A DNA stretch of 53,829 bases from a virus. Lineage: Duplodnaviria > Caudoviricetes. A program made the translations under genes and the position numbers. The stretch's first letter is position 1. Each line of letters starts with the position of its first letter. The stretch is taken from positions 1 to 53,829 of IMG/VR virus record IMGVR_UViG_3300046167_000114; one strand, written 5' to 3'. This document shows, piece by piece, positions 29,977 through 42,108 of this stretch. The notes beneath the pieces were generated by a model, which worked only from the letters and a program-made list of their open reading frames with translations, was not told the origin of the DNA and made no database searches.

Positions 29977-30752
29977 GTTACTTGTGGCACGGCTTCGTAT
30001 ATTATAGTCAGATTACCGCTACCGCCAGCACCGCCATAAGAATTGCCCGGAGTGTTTCCGCCCCCCGTATAAACTGCTGGTCCAGCCGCTCCAGCAGTAC
30101 CCCGTAAAGCCCCTGTAGGGCCGGAGGTATATTCCCCAGAGTAGTAACTAGCAATAGAAGACGTAATATTTATACCCGTATCTGCTCCTGTATTGCCCGG
30201 ATCTTTAACACCAGAACCACTAGGACCGCCAAGGCCACCACTGCCCGCAGCGGCGGTTACGTTACCATAACTGAAAGTGCTGGTTCCACCAGTACTACCC
30301 CTACGTGATATGCCGCTTGATCCCGGAGTACCTCCCGTATTTGAACCACCGCCGCCATACCCCGCGACAAAGGAAGCACCTATTAAATCTGTTACATCAC
30401 TGACAAATAAGCCATGAACACCACCAGAACCGCCAGAAGCACCAGATCCCGACCCTGTGTTGCCAAATAGTACACCAGCACCGCCGCCGCCACCTCCAGA
30501 TACTCCAACCCAAGCAGCACCGCTTCCATTTATATCATTAGCAGTAAGAGTTATTGAGCTAGTAAAATAATCTGCGGTAAGAACAAAAACATTTTCTTTA
30601 CCACGAAAATTATCGATAGATAGGGCACCACTTGAAGGTATACCAGAAGGGTTTGATTGTAGGTCATAGTACTCTGACATAGATATAGGGTTTGAGCCAC
30701 CAAACTCAGTCTGTATATCGCTTAGACTTGCTGTTCCACTTGGTACTGACAT
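29973..30752 (-). CDS. Gly-rich tail fibre tip/adhesin-like protein
   Basis: SLSDIQTEFGGSNPISMSEYY N-terminus typical of fibre-tip proteins; GGGGGG/GAGG repeats. Confidence 0.65.
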   Translation of the reverse strand: MSVPSGTASLSDIQTEFGGSNPISMSEYYDLQSNPSGIPSSGALSIDNFRGKENVFVLTADYFTSSITLTANDINGSGAAWVGVSGGGGGGAGVLFGNTGSGSGASGGSGGVHGLFVSDVTDLIGASFVAGYGGGGSNTGGTPGSSGISRRGSTGGTSTFSYGNVTAAAGSGGLGGPSGSGVKDPGNTGADTGINITSSIASYYSGEYTSGPTGALRGTAGAAGPAVYTGGGNTPGNSYGGAGGSGNLTIIYEAVPQVT

Positions 30753-30767
30753 GATTTAATATCCTCT

Positions 30768-32445
30768 TTATGCGCTACCAAATGCTGTTACATCGTTTTC
30801 TACTGTAAGCGCACCTGCACTCGTTAGTTTAAGCCTATCTGTGCCTTGATAAGCAAACTTTAAATCAGAGCCAGATTGAGTAATTGTCCAATCACCTAAA
30901 TCAATAGTGGATGCTTGGAATGATTGTGAAGAGCTACCTGCAAGGGCTGCTTTACCATCCAATGCAGTCTGTAAGCCATCGACATTTGATATAACATGGT
31001 TATGGCTGTCATCCGCTACAGTTGCAGTAATAGTAGCATTAGCTGTACCGTTAAAAGAAGCGCTACCTGATACATCACCTGTAAGACTAATAGTACGTGA
31101 TGTAGCTAAAGCTGTAGCAGTAGAAGCGTTACCTGTTACAGCACCTGTATGTGTACCTGCTGTGTTACCTGTTACATTGCCTGTAAGGTTGCCTTCAAAC
31201 GTACCCGCTACAAACGTCTCACTTCCTACAGTCCACTTATCACTTGTTTCATTCCATACAAGGGTTTTGTTAGCAGATGTACCACGTTCAATCTCAATAC
31301 CGCCATTCTGTGAAGGAGTACCCGTTTCATTAGAATTTAATAAGATCTGGTTATCAGCTAAGTTAATAGTCTCAGTGTTTACTGTAGTAGTGGTGCCTGA
31401 TACAGTTAAGTTTCCTCCAACAATAACATTACCTGATGTATTAAGGCTACCTACTGTAACTGCGCTAGGTAAACCAATTTGAATCTGGTTGTTGCTTACT
31501 GCAGTCTCAATTTCATTAGCAGTACCAGCAAAGTTTAAAGTGTCTGTAGCTAGAGCTACACTATCGTTAGAACCACTATCAGCGCCCACAGTTAATGCGG
31601 TAGTGATATTAGCAGTGCTTACACCCGTAACTAAACCCTTACCATTTACAGTAACAACAGGAATAGCTGTAGAGCTACCAAACGAGCCTACATTAGAGTT
31701 TACTGTATCCAAAGTTGTTGTAAGGGTAATGTTGCCTGTACCATCAAAATTTGTAGCACTAGCATCTACATCGCCATCAATAGTAATGCTTCTTGCAGTT
31801 TGTAATGCAGTTGCAGTAGATGCATTACCTGTTACAGCACCTGTATGTGTACCTGCTGTGTTACCAGTTACATTACCCGTTACATTACCTGTAATCTGGC
31901 CCGTTACGCCAAGAGTACCACCAATGGTACTATTACCAGTAACACCAAGAGTACCGCCTACTGTAGCATTATTTGTAACTGCAGCACTAGGCTAACGTAG
32001 ATGCTCCTGTTACACCTAATGTACCACCTACTGTAGTGTTACCTGTAATGGCGGCTGTACTAGATAGTGTTGTTGCCCCTGTAACGCCTAATGTACCACC
32101 TACAGTAGCATTACCAGTGAGAACAGAACCACCCGTTACAGCAAGGTCTTCTGAGGTTACTGTACCTGTAAAAAAAGCATCCTTAAATTTAGCACCAGAA
32201 GAAGAGCCTAAGTCTAGCGTGTCTGTAGTCTTTGGTAAAACGCTACTAGATGAAACGATAAGGTCTTGGCTTGGGCCAACCTTAGTAATAGGCGAGCCTT
32301 CACCTGCAGTACCATCGTGCTTGTGCCCTGTAGAGGCGTTAAATGCCCCTTCTACAGCATTGTATTCTGCGTCAAAATCATCTGCATCAATAACGTTACC
32401 GTTGGCAATGTTGTTTGCAGTATCCTGTCTTGTATAACCTGCCAT
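30768..32445 (-). CDS. Tail fibre protein (apparent indel ~31990)
   Basis: MAGYTRQ...GHKHDG anchor; GxLGVTG and GNVTGN repeats; 41-bp duplication at 31129 and 31825. Confidence 0.8.
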
Positions 32446-32454
32446 GTCGTTTCC

Positions 32455-34001
32455 TTATTGTCTATCTTCTTGGCTGTATTCTAACAGAGCCGTGTCGAGT
32501 GTAAAGGTGGGATTAGTTGAAAGATCTTCTAATCTTAATGCAATTGTTTTACCTGAACCAATAACATTAGTGTCATATATTTTATCAAGCTCACCACCAA
32601 ATGTAGCTGTATCAAATACAGCATTAGATGCACCAAATAAAAACACAGATGCCCCTGTACCAGAAATCTGCTGTGTAGCTGGCTGCACTACTTTGGTATT
32701 AGAAGCAGAAGCAAAGTCGTACTTTAGGTTTAAGTCTAGACTCATACTACCTGTAGGTTCAGCGTACAGAGTCATCTTGTAGAAAGTCTTACGTACCTGT
32801 GGGTCACTTATAGGCATGAAAGGAGATTCGTAGATAGCTTCTATAGCAGCACCATCGAAGTCTGAACCTGTATCCATAGTATAGACGTAACCATCCTCAT
32901 TAGCAAAAGCTATTGTCTCTGACGTTCCTGTGTATCTGCTATCTGCTACAAATGCTTTAATACCCTTGGTGGTTGACCAAGCCATACCTGCAGCACCTTG
33001 AGATATAAATTTAGTAGCAATTAAACCTTTAGCAGCCTCAGATTGCTCTGATAGTACATATGAAAAAACCCTGTATTGAGCCTTCTCTTTTAATGTAACA
33101 GAGCAAAAGTTAGCTGACTGACTAAGAAAAGTATTGGCATCTTTAGCTATTTGATCAGAAGCTACATCCAAAGCAAAGTCACCAATACGATCAGTAGCAC
33201 TTAATAGCCTAATACCATCAGGGGCGAGGTACATAATGTCACCGCCAACCTCTTGAATGGTATCTCCATTAATACAACCAATACGGTCTGTGATGGGTGA
33301 TACAGTAAAATCAGCAGAGCTACTACCTGTTAGGCGCTTAATTGTATCAGAAGTAAAGATAATAAGCTGGTCACGAAAGGTTGCTAAACCTGTAATGTCA
33401 TTCGCTACGTTAATAGAACCTGCACCATTAGCGACACTGAAATCATCTACAGTAAAAGGGGCAGTAAAAAATATGTTATTTCCTTTAGCGTAAAAGGCAG
33501 TATTTTAAATACAGCTACGTGTTCTGCACCCAACACATCTGTGCTATTAGAGGATGTCATAAAGGTAGTAGCATTTCCAGATGTGTTATATATAGCAGGG
33601 TAGTTAGTACCATCAACAAATATAACTTTATCATCACCCTCTAAGTTATATAAAATGTGCCTAGCTTTACCGCCATTAGTACCAACGCTAGTAGCCATAC
33701 TGGTCCAAGAAGACCCTGTACTGTAGTAATACTGTGTTTGATTGCTACCATTCTTACGTGCAGCTATAACCCTACCAGAGCTAATAACTTTAAGTGCTAA
33801 TACAGGGCCAGATCCAGGTACAGTTGTTGTACTATATTTGGCATAACCTCTTATCTTAGAGTAGCCGCCCTCTTTATTGGCTTCAAAGTTTTGTAATATA
33901 GTGGCAGACCCGACAGCATTTGTACCATGCTGCAACGGGCTGAGATTAGAGATAAGACCACCTCTAAACTCTATAGGGAATGTCTGCCATTGTGTTGCCA
34001 T
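32455..34001 (-). CDS. Tail nozzle/tubular protein B-like (apparent indels ~33380 and ~33505)
   Basis: F.GGL N-terminus, beta-propeller-like composition, follows the adaptor gene. Confidence 0.65.
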
Positions 34002-34690
34002 TAGAAGTGCACTCTTGTATCGCGGATATATTCTGTACGGTTTATGTGTATACTACGTAATTGTTTGATGCCTTGCTCAAACTTCTGCATCGCCATTTGT
34101 GCTGCTTGCATGTCACCTCTAAATTGGTAGACATAGTACATAGCACCATCAACTATTACGTATTTGTACATTTCTGGGAGGTTTGGTACATCTGAATGTA
34201 ACTCTAAATCAAAACCAATTGTGTAATATTCATAAATTAATTCGTAGGCCTTATCGGGGGCAGGTACTACCAAAAGCTCCCTACTAGGCGCTCTTACAAT
34301 AAAATGAGGTACTGTTCTACCACTTGTGCTAGAGTTATACTCATAGTCAGCATACTTGTCAAGATATTCTTCATAGCTAAGTACTTTAAGTTTAACAGTA
34401 TCTACGCCTAAACTGTCATTTCTCTTGATACGAAAGCTATTCATATTGATAGTCTTAGCATCATAAGGGAAGCTATAGCGAACCTCACCAGCAAGTAATA
34501 CTTCTTCTTGCTCTACGTGATTCCAAGGCCACTCGTATTCTTCCTGTTGTATATGGCGAATAGAAGAGTTTACTGCATCTTTAGCAAAACTATAAAAACC
34601 TGTAGTAGAAGCAAAGTTAGAAGATGTTAATTCTACTTCATTAAGCCTACGATTTACGTCATTAACTAATCCAAGATAATCGTATGCCAT
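34001..34690 (-). CDS. Head-tail adaptor/tail tubular protein A-like
   Basis: YLxLVNxVxxRLNE N-terminus, WPW and PAPDKAY; podoviral synteny. Confidence 0.65.
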   Translation of the reverse strand: MAYDYLGLVNDVNRRLNEVELTSSNFASTTGFYSFAKDAVNSSIRHIQQEEYEWPWNHVEQEEVLLAGEVRYSFPYDAKTINMNSFRIKRNDSLGVDTVKLKVLSYEEYLDKYADYEYNSSTSGRTVPHFIVRAPSRELLVVPAPDKAYELIYEYYTIGFDLELHSDVPNLPEMYKYVIVDGAMYYVYQFRGDMQAAQMAMQKFEQGIKQLRSIHINRTEYIRDTRVHF

Positions 34691-34691
34691 A

Positions 34692-35009
34692 TTACTTCTC
34701 CCTCACGCGCAATAGTACAGAGCGCTCATACTGTAGCGCACCTAAAGTAGTTATCTTACACGTAATTTTATATCTTTTATTATTAGTACCTAAGCTCAAC
34801 CTAATAGTGGCAACTGTGTTTGTGTAAGTGGTTTGTACAAACTGTAAGCCATCTACTACTTGTGAATTGCTTACTTCTGTTTTAACACCGTCTGCATCAT
34901 CAATAAACCAAGTAACTGCAGAAATAGTATCTGCGCCTAAGAAACGTGACCAGTCAATATTGTAGTCAAGCAATTCATCTTTATCTTTATCAGGCCACTT
35001 ATATGACAT
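34692..35009 (-). CDS. Small structural (fibre adaptor-like) protein
   Basis: WPDKDKDELLDYNIDWSRFL motif. Confidence 0.6.
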   Translation of the reverse strand: MSYKWPDKDKDELLDYNIDWSRFLGADTISAVTWFIDDADGVKTEVSNSQVVDGLQFVQTTYTNTVATIRLSLGTNNKRYKITCKITTLGALQYERSVLLRVREK

Positions 35010-35019
35010 TTGTTATCCT

Positions 35020-35884
35020 TTAGGCTGCAACTCTAATTGTTTGATTAATCCTACTTATTTCATTAATCACAATGGTTCTATTATCTGGTCTAATATGTAC
35101 TACGTTTTCTCTTGGTACTGCTACTGCATAAATAACTCTATCTTTATCAAATGCGTTTATATCAAACTGGGAAGGTAACGCCTGTAGCAACTACGCTTCC
35201 TACATTTGTATTAGCAGCTACACTATTAAGTATCTCTGTTATATTTGCTTTTACATTTGCTACTGCACCTGTAGCCGAAACAGATAATACTTTTTCAGAT
35301 ACATCAATCTCAAAGCCATCAAAACTAACAGCTTCAACTGCGCCAGATGCTGATACACCTACAAGTGTTTGATTAGCATCGCTAGATGGTATTACGTTTG
35401 TTATTGTACCTGTAGCAGTTACGCTATTTAATAACTCAGATACATTAAGTGTTAAGCTACCTACTGCACCTGTAGCTGAAACAGATAGTAAGTTTTCAGA
35501 TACGTCAACTTCAAAACCACCGACAGAAACAGGTTCAATAGACCCTGTAGCACTTACTGATGCTAGTGTATGATTACCTTTAGCATCAAACCCTACAGTT
35601 ACTACTGTACCTGTGGCTGCTACACTAGCAAGTAATTCAGAAATATTTACAGTTACTGTGCCTACGGCTGTTGTAGCACTTACAGAGTTTGTAACTTCGT
35701 CAGGGTTTATAGAAGGTGTGCCTACCGCACCTGTAGCAGATACACTAGCAAGGCGCTCAGTAACATGTTCTACAACAGTAGAGACTGCACCCGTTGCAAC
35801 TATACCTGTAACAGGTACTTCTGCAGAAACACCTGATACAGATGATGCTAGAGTAGTAGTTGCTAGTGGTGTAAAACCAAACAT
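35020..35884 (-). CDS. Repetitive structural protein (SVSATGAVG repeats; apparent indel ~35170)
   Basis: About ten xVxATGxV repeats; the reading frame continues to the stop at 35020 after one indel. Confidence 0.65.
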
Positions 35885-35904
35885 GTTTTATAATTACCTT
35901 AAAT

Positions 35905-36105
35905 TTACTCTGGCTTAGTCGGCCAGTCGCTATCGGCAACAGCGGGCCAATCGGAATGACTTGGAAGGTCACGCAGCGCCTGTCTATAGGCTAACTGTTC
36001 AGCCGTTGCAGGATAATCGGCAAGACCCCAAACATCTGTCTCTTTTAATTTTTCATTTCGCTGCGCCCTAAAGAAAGCGGCGGGAGACGTATCTATACCT
36101 GTCAT
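35905..36105 (-). CDS. Tail fibre assembly chaperone
   Basis: RAQRNEKLKETD...YRQALRDLP...WPTKP. Confidence 0.8.
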   Translation of the reverse strand: MTGIDTSPAAFFRAQRNEKLKETDVWGLADYPATAEQLAYRQALRDLPSHSDWPAVADSDWPTKPE

Positions 36106-36121
36106 ATCTTACCTTTCCGTT

Positions 36122-38362
36122 TTATGGGTACTGGGTTCCGCTGCCCGTAGTTTCAGTTGAGGCTGCTTTTTTTGTTAATCTAAACCCAAAACTCACGCCC
36201 GAATTTAGTCTGTATGTGCCAGCACCGCCAAAATTTGTTACTGCTGATGACATATTAAAAGTTGAGGGCATTCCATAAGCGCCCAGCATAATACGAATGG
36301 TAAAACTTGATGATACTGTGAATTCTTGGTTTGGCCCGTTTGCATCAGAATTTAATCCGTATGTAATAAGACTGTTCATCAAATCAGCGCCAGACCCATT
36401 TAAAGTATGTGTACCCCAAATCGTATAATAGTTGCCACCATAATAGACATAATAACCAACACCCTGACCCATATAATTTCCACCGGCATAGAAACTCGTC
36501 TGACCAGCAAAAGTAGCATAAGTGTTGCTACCTTTACTCCAATACGGGGAATTATCACCGAGATTATCAAGAGTGTATGTACCCGCCGCTATTGTGCCTG
36601 TTTCATATAAAACTGTACCATTTATAGTGGAATTAGGGTTAATTGTGTTAGACGCGCTGGTGGTTGTGCCAGAATACACCGTAACCTCTGGGGCATTAGC
36701 AGTAATAATTACACTTTTTGTAGTAGCGTCTACACTGGCAATATTCTGCAATTGCCGACTAGAGCTAATGACATCGGTTCCCTGAATTTCAAGGCTGTCA
36801 ACATTAACAACACCGCTGCGAACCTCTAGGCTCTCATTACCCCCAGCTACTACCCGCCATTGATTGCCTGAGTGAAACTGCATGTAGGTATCAGTATCGC
36901 CAGTTGAACGCACATAATCATCAACCGTAATTCCTTGGACATCTGTGATGTAGTTATTTCCAAGACTTACGTTACCTGTAAACGTACCGCCACCAAAGGG
37001 ATTACCAGAAGGTCCAGTTGGTCCAGTCGGTCCAGTTGGGCCTGTTGAGCCAGTATTACCTGTTGGACCTTGTGGCCCCGTAGGTCCAGTGACAGAGTTT
37101 CCTTGTGGTCCTGTCGGGCCAGTTGGTCCAGTACCACCGTTATTACCCGCTGGCCCCGTTGGACCCGTTGGACCCGTAGGTCCAGTAGCTCCATCATCAC
37201 CATCTGAACCTGTTGGGCCTGTTGGACCCGTAGAACCTTGTGGGCCTGTAGGTCCAGTAGCACCCGTAGGACCAGTCGGGCCTGTAGGTCCAACCAAAGC
37301 TGCATTAGCTATAGTCTGCTTTTCCCATCTGCTTGCACTAACGTCATACACTGGAATTAAATCACTAGATACTGCATCTGTATTAGTAGGAAAACCTGTA
37401 AGAGATGAACCTACATTAGCACTATCTGTAACATTAGCAGACGCTTCAATTCCATTTAGTTTACTATGATCTGCATTAGTAAATACATTACTATCAGATG
37501 CACTTTCCACTAATGCTCTTATTTCTGCAGCGCTTTGGTCAGCAGTAGCACCGCTTTCTATGCCATCCAGCTTTGCACCATCTACAGATAAGTCTCTACC
37601 GTCTACAGTTTGTGATCCTGACATAGTAATGTTACCAGTCATTTGACCACCAGACTTAGGTAGTTTTTCTCCTAAGCTAGTTGCTGTAGTTGTAGCAAAG
37701 TTAGCATCGTCACCTAATGCTGCAGCTAATTCGTTAAGTGTGTTAAGTGCAGCAGGTGCTGAGTCAACTACGTTAGCTGCAGCCGTATTTGCATATGACT
37801 GATACTCAGATTCAATAGTAGCTAGTTGCTTACCATCTAAAGTATCTGCATCAATGTTTAGTGCATCAATGTCAGCTTTAGTCTGGTCAGCAGTAGCACC
37901 TGCTTCTATAGCATTTAGCTTAGAGTGATCTGCGTCAGTAAATACGTTAGAATCTGTAGCAGCCTCTACAGCCGCTCTAATCTCAGCATTTGTTTGGTCA
38001 GCAGTAGCACCCGCCTCAATAGCGTTAAGCTTTGTATGGTCAGCATCAGTAAAGACATTACTATCTGTAGCTGCTTCTACTGCTGCCCTTATCTCAGCAT
38101 CTGTTTGGTCAGCAGTTGCCCCACTTTCAATACCATCTAGCTTAGTATGATCAGCGTCAGTAAATACGTTAGTATCACTACCAGCAACAATTAACGCACG
38201 AATCTCTGAGTGCGTTTGATCTGCAGTAGCATTAGCTTCAATACCGTCTAACTTAGTACCATCATTACTCAAGTTACGACCTTGTGTAGTCCTACCTGAT
38301 TTTGTTTTAATGTTACCGCTAGAATCTAAAAGATCTGCTAACTCTCTTGCTTTACTGGTCAT
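36122..38362 (-). CDS. Tail fibre with 37-aa repeats and Gly-Pro-Thr collagen-like segment (fibre B)
   Basis: KLxxIExGATADQT...VFTDADH repeats, [18 protein letters not shown] and (GPT)n. Confidence 0.85.
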   Translation of the reverse strand: MTSKARELADLLDSSGNIKTKSGRTTQGRNLSNDGTKLDGIEANATADQTHSEIRALIVAGSDTNVFTDADHTKLDGIESGATADQTDAEIRAAVEAATDSNVFTDADHTKLNAIEAGATADQTNAEIRAAVEAATDSNVFTDADHSKLNAIEAGATADQTKADIDALNIDADTLDGKQLATIESEYQSYANTAAANVVDSAPAALNTLNELAAALGDDANFATTTATSLGEKLPKSGGQMTGNITMSGSQTVDGRDLSVDGAKLDGIESGATADQSAAEIRALVESASDSNVFTNADHSKLNGIEASANVTDSANVGSSLTGFPTNTDAVSSDLIPVYDVSASRWEKQTIANAALVGPTGPTGPTGATGPTGPQGSTGPTGPTGSDGDDGATGPTGPTGPTGPAGNNGGTGPTGPTGPQGNSVTGPTGPQGPTGNTGSTGPTGPTGPTGPSGNPFGGGTFTGNVSLGNNYITDVQGITVDDYVRSTGDTDTYMQFHSGNQWRVVAGGNESLEVRSGVVNVDSLEIQGTDVISSSRQLQNIASVDATTKSVIITANAPEVTVYSGTTTSASNTINPNSTINGTVLYETGTIAAGTYTLDNLGDNSPYWSKGSNTYATFAGQTSFYAGGNYMGQGVGYYVYYGGNYYTIWGTHTLNGSGADLMNSLITYGLNSDANGPNQEFTVSSSFTIRIMLGAYGMPSTFNMSSAVTNFGGAGTYRLNSGVSFGFRLTKKAASTETTGSGTQYP

Positions 38363-38379
38363 CTACGTATCCTATTTAG

Positions 38380-38922
38380 TTAAACCCATTTTGGGCCTTC
38401 AAACCAAGCTACTAAACTTCTTCGTGTCCCACTCGTTACGGGTTGTACTGCATGTTGTAAGTACGAAGGAAACACTAATACTGTGCCTTTTTGCTTACTT
38501 ATTACTGGGTCAGGTGATGTGCACTCGCTAAAAGAAAAGTCACCGCCTTCATATTCATCTACATGAGAGAGTTGTACAGTTACAGATAGCTTACGATCTA
38601 AACCATCATTGCGGTTCCAATCAATATCGTGGTGCCAAGAGTAATGACCGCCCTCTGAGCCTAAGTATTCTGTAAACTGGATGTCAGCTTTTTTATGAAT
38701 ATGAGCGTTAAAAGCATTTCTATTTGCTATGTCTACAAAGTCATACAAAAGATCCAAAACAGACTTGTTGTTCGTAAGCCATGCAACTCGGCTTTTACGA
38801 ACATCCGACCCACCTTCATTAAAGGTTGATGCTTCCGTTGTATCTCCAGCCAACTTAACTATTTGGTCAACCGTATGTTCAGGGATTGCTCCAGAAAACA
38901 TCTGCCAGTTTTGACGCGTCAT
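38380..38922 (-). CDS. 2OG-Fe(II) oxygenase (prolyl-4-hydroxylase/PKHD-like)
   Basis: HxD (WHHD), RKLS, YEGG, FPSYLQHAV.PV..GTR.SLV.W. Confidence 0.9.
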   Translation of the reverse strand: MTRQNWQMFSGAIPEHTVDQIVKLAGDTTEASTFNEGGSDVRKSRVAWLTNNKSVLDLLYDFVDIANRNAFNAHIHKKADIQFTEYLGSEGGHYSWHHDIDWNRNDGLDRKLSVTVQLSHVDEYEGGDFSFSECTSPDPVISKQKGTVLVFPSYLQHAVQPVTSGTRRSLVAWFEGPKWV

Positions 38923-39209
38923 GGTTTAGTCGGCCAAGTTACATCATTTGGAAACCCAGCTTGCTGGGGAACATTTAATAAATCTGTTCTGTACTGCGTC
39001 CACGCTGCACGTTGTACATCTGTAAAATCATTCCATCTCAAGACATTACTAACAATAGGATCAACATCCATTTGTAGCCTCAAGTCACGATCAGATCTTA
39101 TTGCACTGGGGAGGTTAGCCTCCAACGCTGCTATTTCCTCTTCTGTGTAAGCTCGCACAGTTACTTCGCCAGTAACAGCATTTGTTATTGCTTCAACATA
39201 TTCTGTCAT
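38919..39209 (-). CDS. Tail fibre assembly chaperone
   Basis: R..RD..L...W..YRTDLLNVPQQAGFP..VTWPTKP. Confidence 0.8.
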   Translation of the reverse strand: MTEYVEAITNAVTGEVTVRAYTEEEIAALEANLPSAIRSDRDLRLQMDVDPIVSNVLRWNDFTDVQRAAWTQYRTDLLNVPQQAGFPNDVTWPTKP

Positions 39210-41582
39210 TTACTTAACCCCATAAAATTTAATACTGCCTTTAGCCAAAAAAGTACCCGTTGAACCAAAGTAACTAGCATAAAAAGTTATCGATGTTGTA
39301 GATGTGGTAATCCCGTAGTCTGCAGGGCCACCCTGTGTCACGTTATATGAGTAACGCGTCAAATTGGTTTGAAGAGTTGATGCTATTCCAGTAAATCCGT
39401 AGCCAGTAGATAAATCAATTTCTGTACTTGTGTTATTGAGAAATTGAGACCCATATTGGCTTATCATAAATTGTCCACGGGTACTATTTTGCTGCAAATA
39501 AACATATGCATTGTTATTTTGTAAGCCTAATCCTATAGCATATATTTTAAGAAATTTGTAACTACTCAGGTTTAAGCTACTAAGTGTAATACTAGAACCG
39601 GAAGTAACAGTTAAGGTTCCTAATAAGGTAGTTTCACCAGATGCGCCAGTTGGCCCCGTTGGCCCCGTGCTTCCCGTGCTTCCCTGCGGCCCCGTTGGGC
39701 CTGTGCTTCCCGTTGGGCCGGTGACAGAGTTGCCTTGTGGTCCTGTTGGCCCAGTTGGACCTGTAGGACCAGTTGGGCCCGTAGGGCCAGTAGCACCATC
39801 ATCACCGTCAGCACCCGCTGGACCCGTAGGGCCAGTTGGCCCCGTAGAGCCATTAGAACCATTAGATCCTGCTGGACCCGTTGGACCTGTAGGGCCAGTT
39901 GGACCTTGCAATGCCGCATTGGTAATTGTTTGCTTTTCCCATCTACTAGCAGACACATCATATACAGGAATAAGATCTGAACCTGTTGCGTCCGTATTGG
40001 TAGGGAAACCAGTAAGAGAAGTGCCTACGTTTGCACTATCCGTAACATTAGCAGAAGCCTCAATACCATCCAGCTTCGTGCCATCCGCTGCAACGTCACG
40101 ACCATCGACGGTTCCGCTTGCTGCAATATTACCTGTGACCTGTATGCCTGTGCTGGTGGTGGCGAGTTTTTCAGAGCCGTTGTGATATAAAGACACTGCA
40201 CCATTGTCTCGTCCATCAAACATAATTGTTCCGTCAACATCTGTTAAAAGTAAGTTTGAGGCTCTTATTTGTAAATCACCAGTGCCACTGTCTCTAATAT
40301 AGCTAGTAGACCCATCGTGCCAAATCTGTAGGTCAGACCCAGCACCAAAGATGGCTTTGTCGTTGTCTCCTAAATTAATATTACCCGTCATAGTGCCGCC
40401 AGCTTTAGGCAGTGCGGCATCAGCAGTAGTACCCTGTGCGGCTGTAGCGTAGTCGGAGCTATTAAATGCTTTAACTTGTGCTAGGTTAGTAACCTCGCTA
40501 TCCATTAAGGCACCAGCAGCAGTTACATTAGTAGTATCTGTTACATCTGCACTAGCTTCAATACCATTCAGCTTTGTATGGTCTGCATCTGTAAACACAT
40601 TACTGTCAGTAGCGGCTTCTACCGCCGCCCTGATTTCAGCGTTAGTTTGATCGCCAGTTGCTCCTGCTTCAATAGCGTTAAGCTTAGTATGATCAGCGTC
40701 AGTGAAGACGTTACTGTCTGTAGCAGACTCTACAAGAGTGCGTATCTCAGCCGCAGTCTGGTCTGCTGTGGCACCTGTTTCAATACCTGACAGTTTAGTA
40801 TCTTTAGCATCTGTGTAAGCATTAGCTTCTGCTTCATACAAAGTTTTTATTTCTGCGCCTGTCTGATCTGCCGTAGCAGATGCTTCTATACCATCTAGCT
40901 TAGTACCGTCTGCAGCTACATCTCTTCCATCTACAGTACCAGTAACAGTAATGTTACCTGTAACGTCAATACCTGCAGCAAAGTCTACATTAGCATCAAA
41001 CTGCCCACCAGTAGATTTAGGTACAGCATCAGCTACAGTAAAGGACTTAAACGCTACAATATTTAACTCATCTGAAACAGTAGCACCTGTACTTAGAGTA
41101 ACAGTATTTCCACCTGAAACACTATAGTCTGTACCACCACCTTCTAAGACAATACCGTTAAGAAATACTAATACGTTATCTTCAAAAAATGCTAGTTGGT
41201 TGCTATTGTCATCATTACCAGTAAACGCTGTTTGACCAGATGTAGCAGTAAAGTAAAAGTAATCAATAGAGCGATTACCTAAGTTTTCAATATCAGTAGC
41301 AGACGTAGTAATAAATACTTCTGACTCAGCTACTAAATTAAGTAAAGACCCTGTAGAGCTTTCCTCATAGGATCTTGACATAGTGGTTCCGCTATGAGTG
41401 TAGACTCCTGTGCCTACTTCCCAGTTGTTACCATTAATAATTGTGTAGCGTACTGAGTTACCATTAAGGATACCACCTTGAGCAAAAGTTTGAAATCCTC
41501 CTACAGCAGAACCAAGGGTAATAGTACCTGTTCCTGTAGTAGACGTATTTACTTTTACACGATTTGCAAACTTAATTGTCAT
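39210..41582 (-). CDS. Tail fibre with 37-aa repeats and Gly-Pro-Thr collagen-like segment (fibre A)
   Basis: [18 protein letters not shown]-terminus, FTATSGQT.F domain, the same repeats as fibre B, (GPT)n. Confidence 0.85.
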   Translation of the reverse strand: MTIKFANRVKVNTSTTGTGTITLGSAVGGFQTFAQGGILNGNSVRYTIINGNNWEVGTGVYTHSGTTMSRSYEESSTGSLLNLVAESEVFITTSATDIENLGNRSIDYFYFTATSGQTAFTGNDDNSNQLAFFEDNVLVFLNGIVLEGGGTDYSVSGGNTVTLSTGATVSDELNIVAFKSFTVADAVPKSTGGQFDANVDFAAGIDVTGNITVTGTVDGRDVAADGTKLDGIEASATADQTGAEIKTLYEAEANAYTDAKDTKLSGIETGATADQTAAEIRTLVESATDSNVFTDADHTKLNAIEAGATGDQTNAEIRAAVEAATDSNVFTDADHTKLNGIEASADVTDTTNVTAAGALMDSEVTNLAQVKAFNSSDYATAAQGTTADAALPKAGGTMTGNINLGDNDKAIFGAGSDLQIWHDGSTSYIRDSGTGDLQIRASNLLLTDVDGTIMFDGRDNGAVSLYHNGSEKLATTSTGIQVTGNIAASGTVDGRDVAADGTKLDGIEASANVTDSANVGTSLTGFPTNTDATGSDLIPVYDVSASRWEKQTITNAALQGPTGPTGPTGPAGSNGSNGSTGPTGPTGPAGADGDDGATGPTGPTGPTGPTGPTGPQGNSVTGPTGSTGPTGPQGSTGSTGPTGPTGASGETTLLGTLTVTSGSSITLSSLNLSSYKFLKIYAIGLGLQNNNAYVYLQQNSTRGQFMISQYGSQFLNNTSTEIDLSTGYGFTGIASTLQTNLTRYSYNVTQGGPADYGITTSTTSITFYASYFGSTGTFLAKGSIKFYGVK

Positions 41583-41604
41583 GGATAGGTATCCTTAAAG
41601 TATC

Positions 41605-42042
41605 TTATGCAATACGAATTACTGCTGTACCTGCTGCTGCCGCAGGAAACTCAATAGTTAAATCACCTGCTGTTGCACTAACTGTACCACCAAAGTCAAT
41701 AACTGCTATTGCTTTGTTAGCCTGTGCAGTATTGTAAATAATACAACCATCTGTAGAGATAGTTACATTTTGAAATACCTCATCAGTAAAGTCAACAATA
41801 GCTGTGCTACCAGCTAAAGTAATAGCAGCGCCATCTAGTACTTGACCACCTGCAGTGTAATTTGTTCCTGATGCTTCATCTGAGTTACCAGTAACATTTG
41901 AGTAGTTAGTAGTAGCTGCACCATACGTACCTGATGGTGAAGCTTTAATTAGAGCCAATTTTAGTGTGTGAGTATCAAGATCGTGAACACCGCCAAGTAG
42001 CTCTTGCTTAAACGTGTTGCACATTGCTGTAGTAATAGCCAT
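41605..42042 (-). CDS. Structural protein downstream of the capsid gene
   Basis: AITTAMCNTFKQELL.G.H..., YTAGG and VIDFGG; common virion protein pattern. Confidence 0.65.
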   Translation of the reverse strand: MAITTAMCNTFKQELLGGVHDLDTHTLKLALIKASPSGTYGAATTNYSNVTGNSDEASGTNYTAGGQVLDGAAITLAGSTAIVDFTDEVFQNVTISTDGCIIYNTAQANKAIAVIDFGGTVSATAGDLTIEFPAAAAGTAVIRIA

Positions 42043-42063
42043 TGAGGGTATCCCTTATAATAA

Positions 42064-42093
42064 GCACAAAGGGGCCAGCATGTAGCCAGCCCC
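42064..42093 (-). terminator. Probable terminator after the major capsid gene
   Basis: GGGGCTGGC-TACAT-GCTGGCCCC-TTTGT on the - strand. Confidence 0.7.
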
Positions 42094-42108
42094 TAAGTAT
42101 AACATCAA

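Noticed and set aside
22866-40185. Long + strand ORFs opposite structural genes (e.g. 28605-29138, 30907-31482, 39667-40185)
   Set aside because: Antisense shadows of repetitive Ala/Thr/Gly codons; no RBS or family motifs.
36122-41582. Diversity-generating retroelement or invertase acting on the fibres
   Set aside because: No reverse transcriptase, no TR/VR pair with A-specific mismatches and no inverted cassettes were seen.
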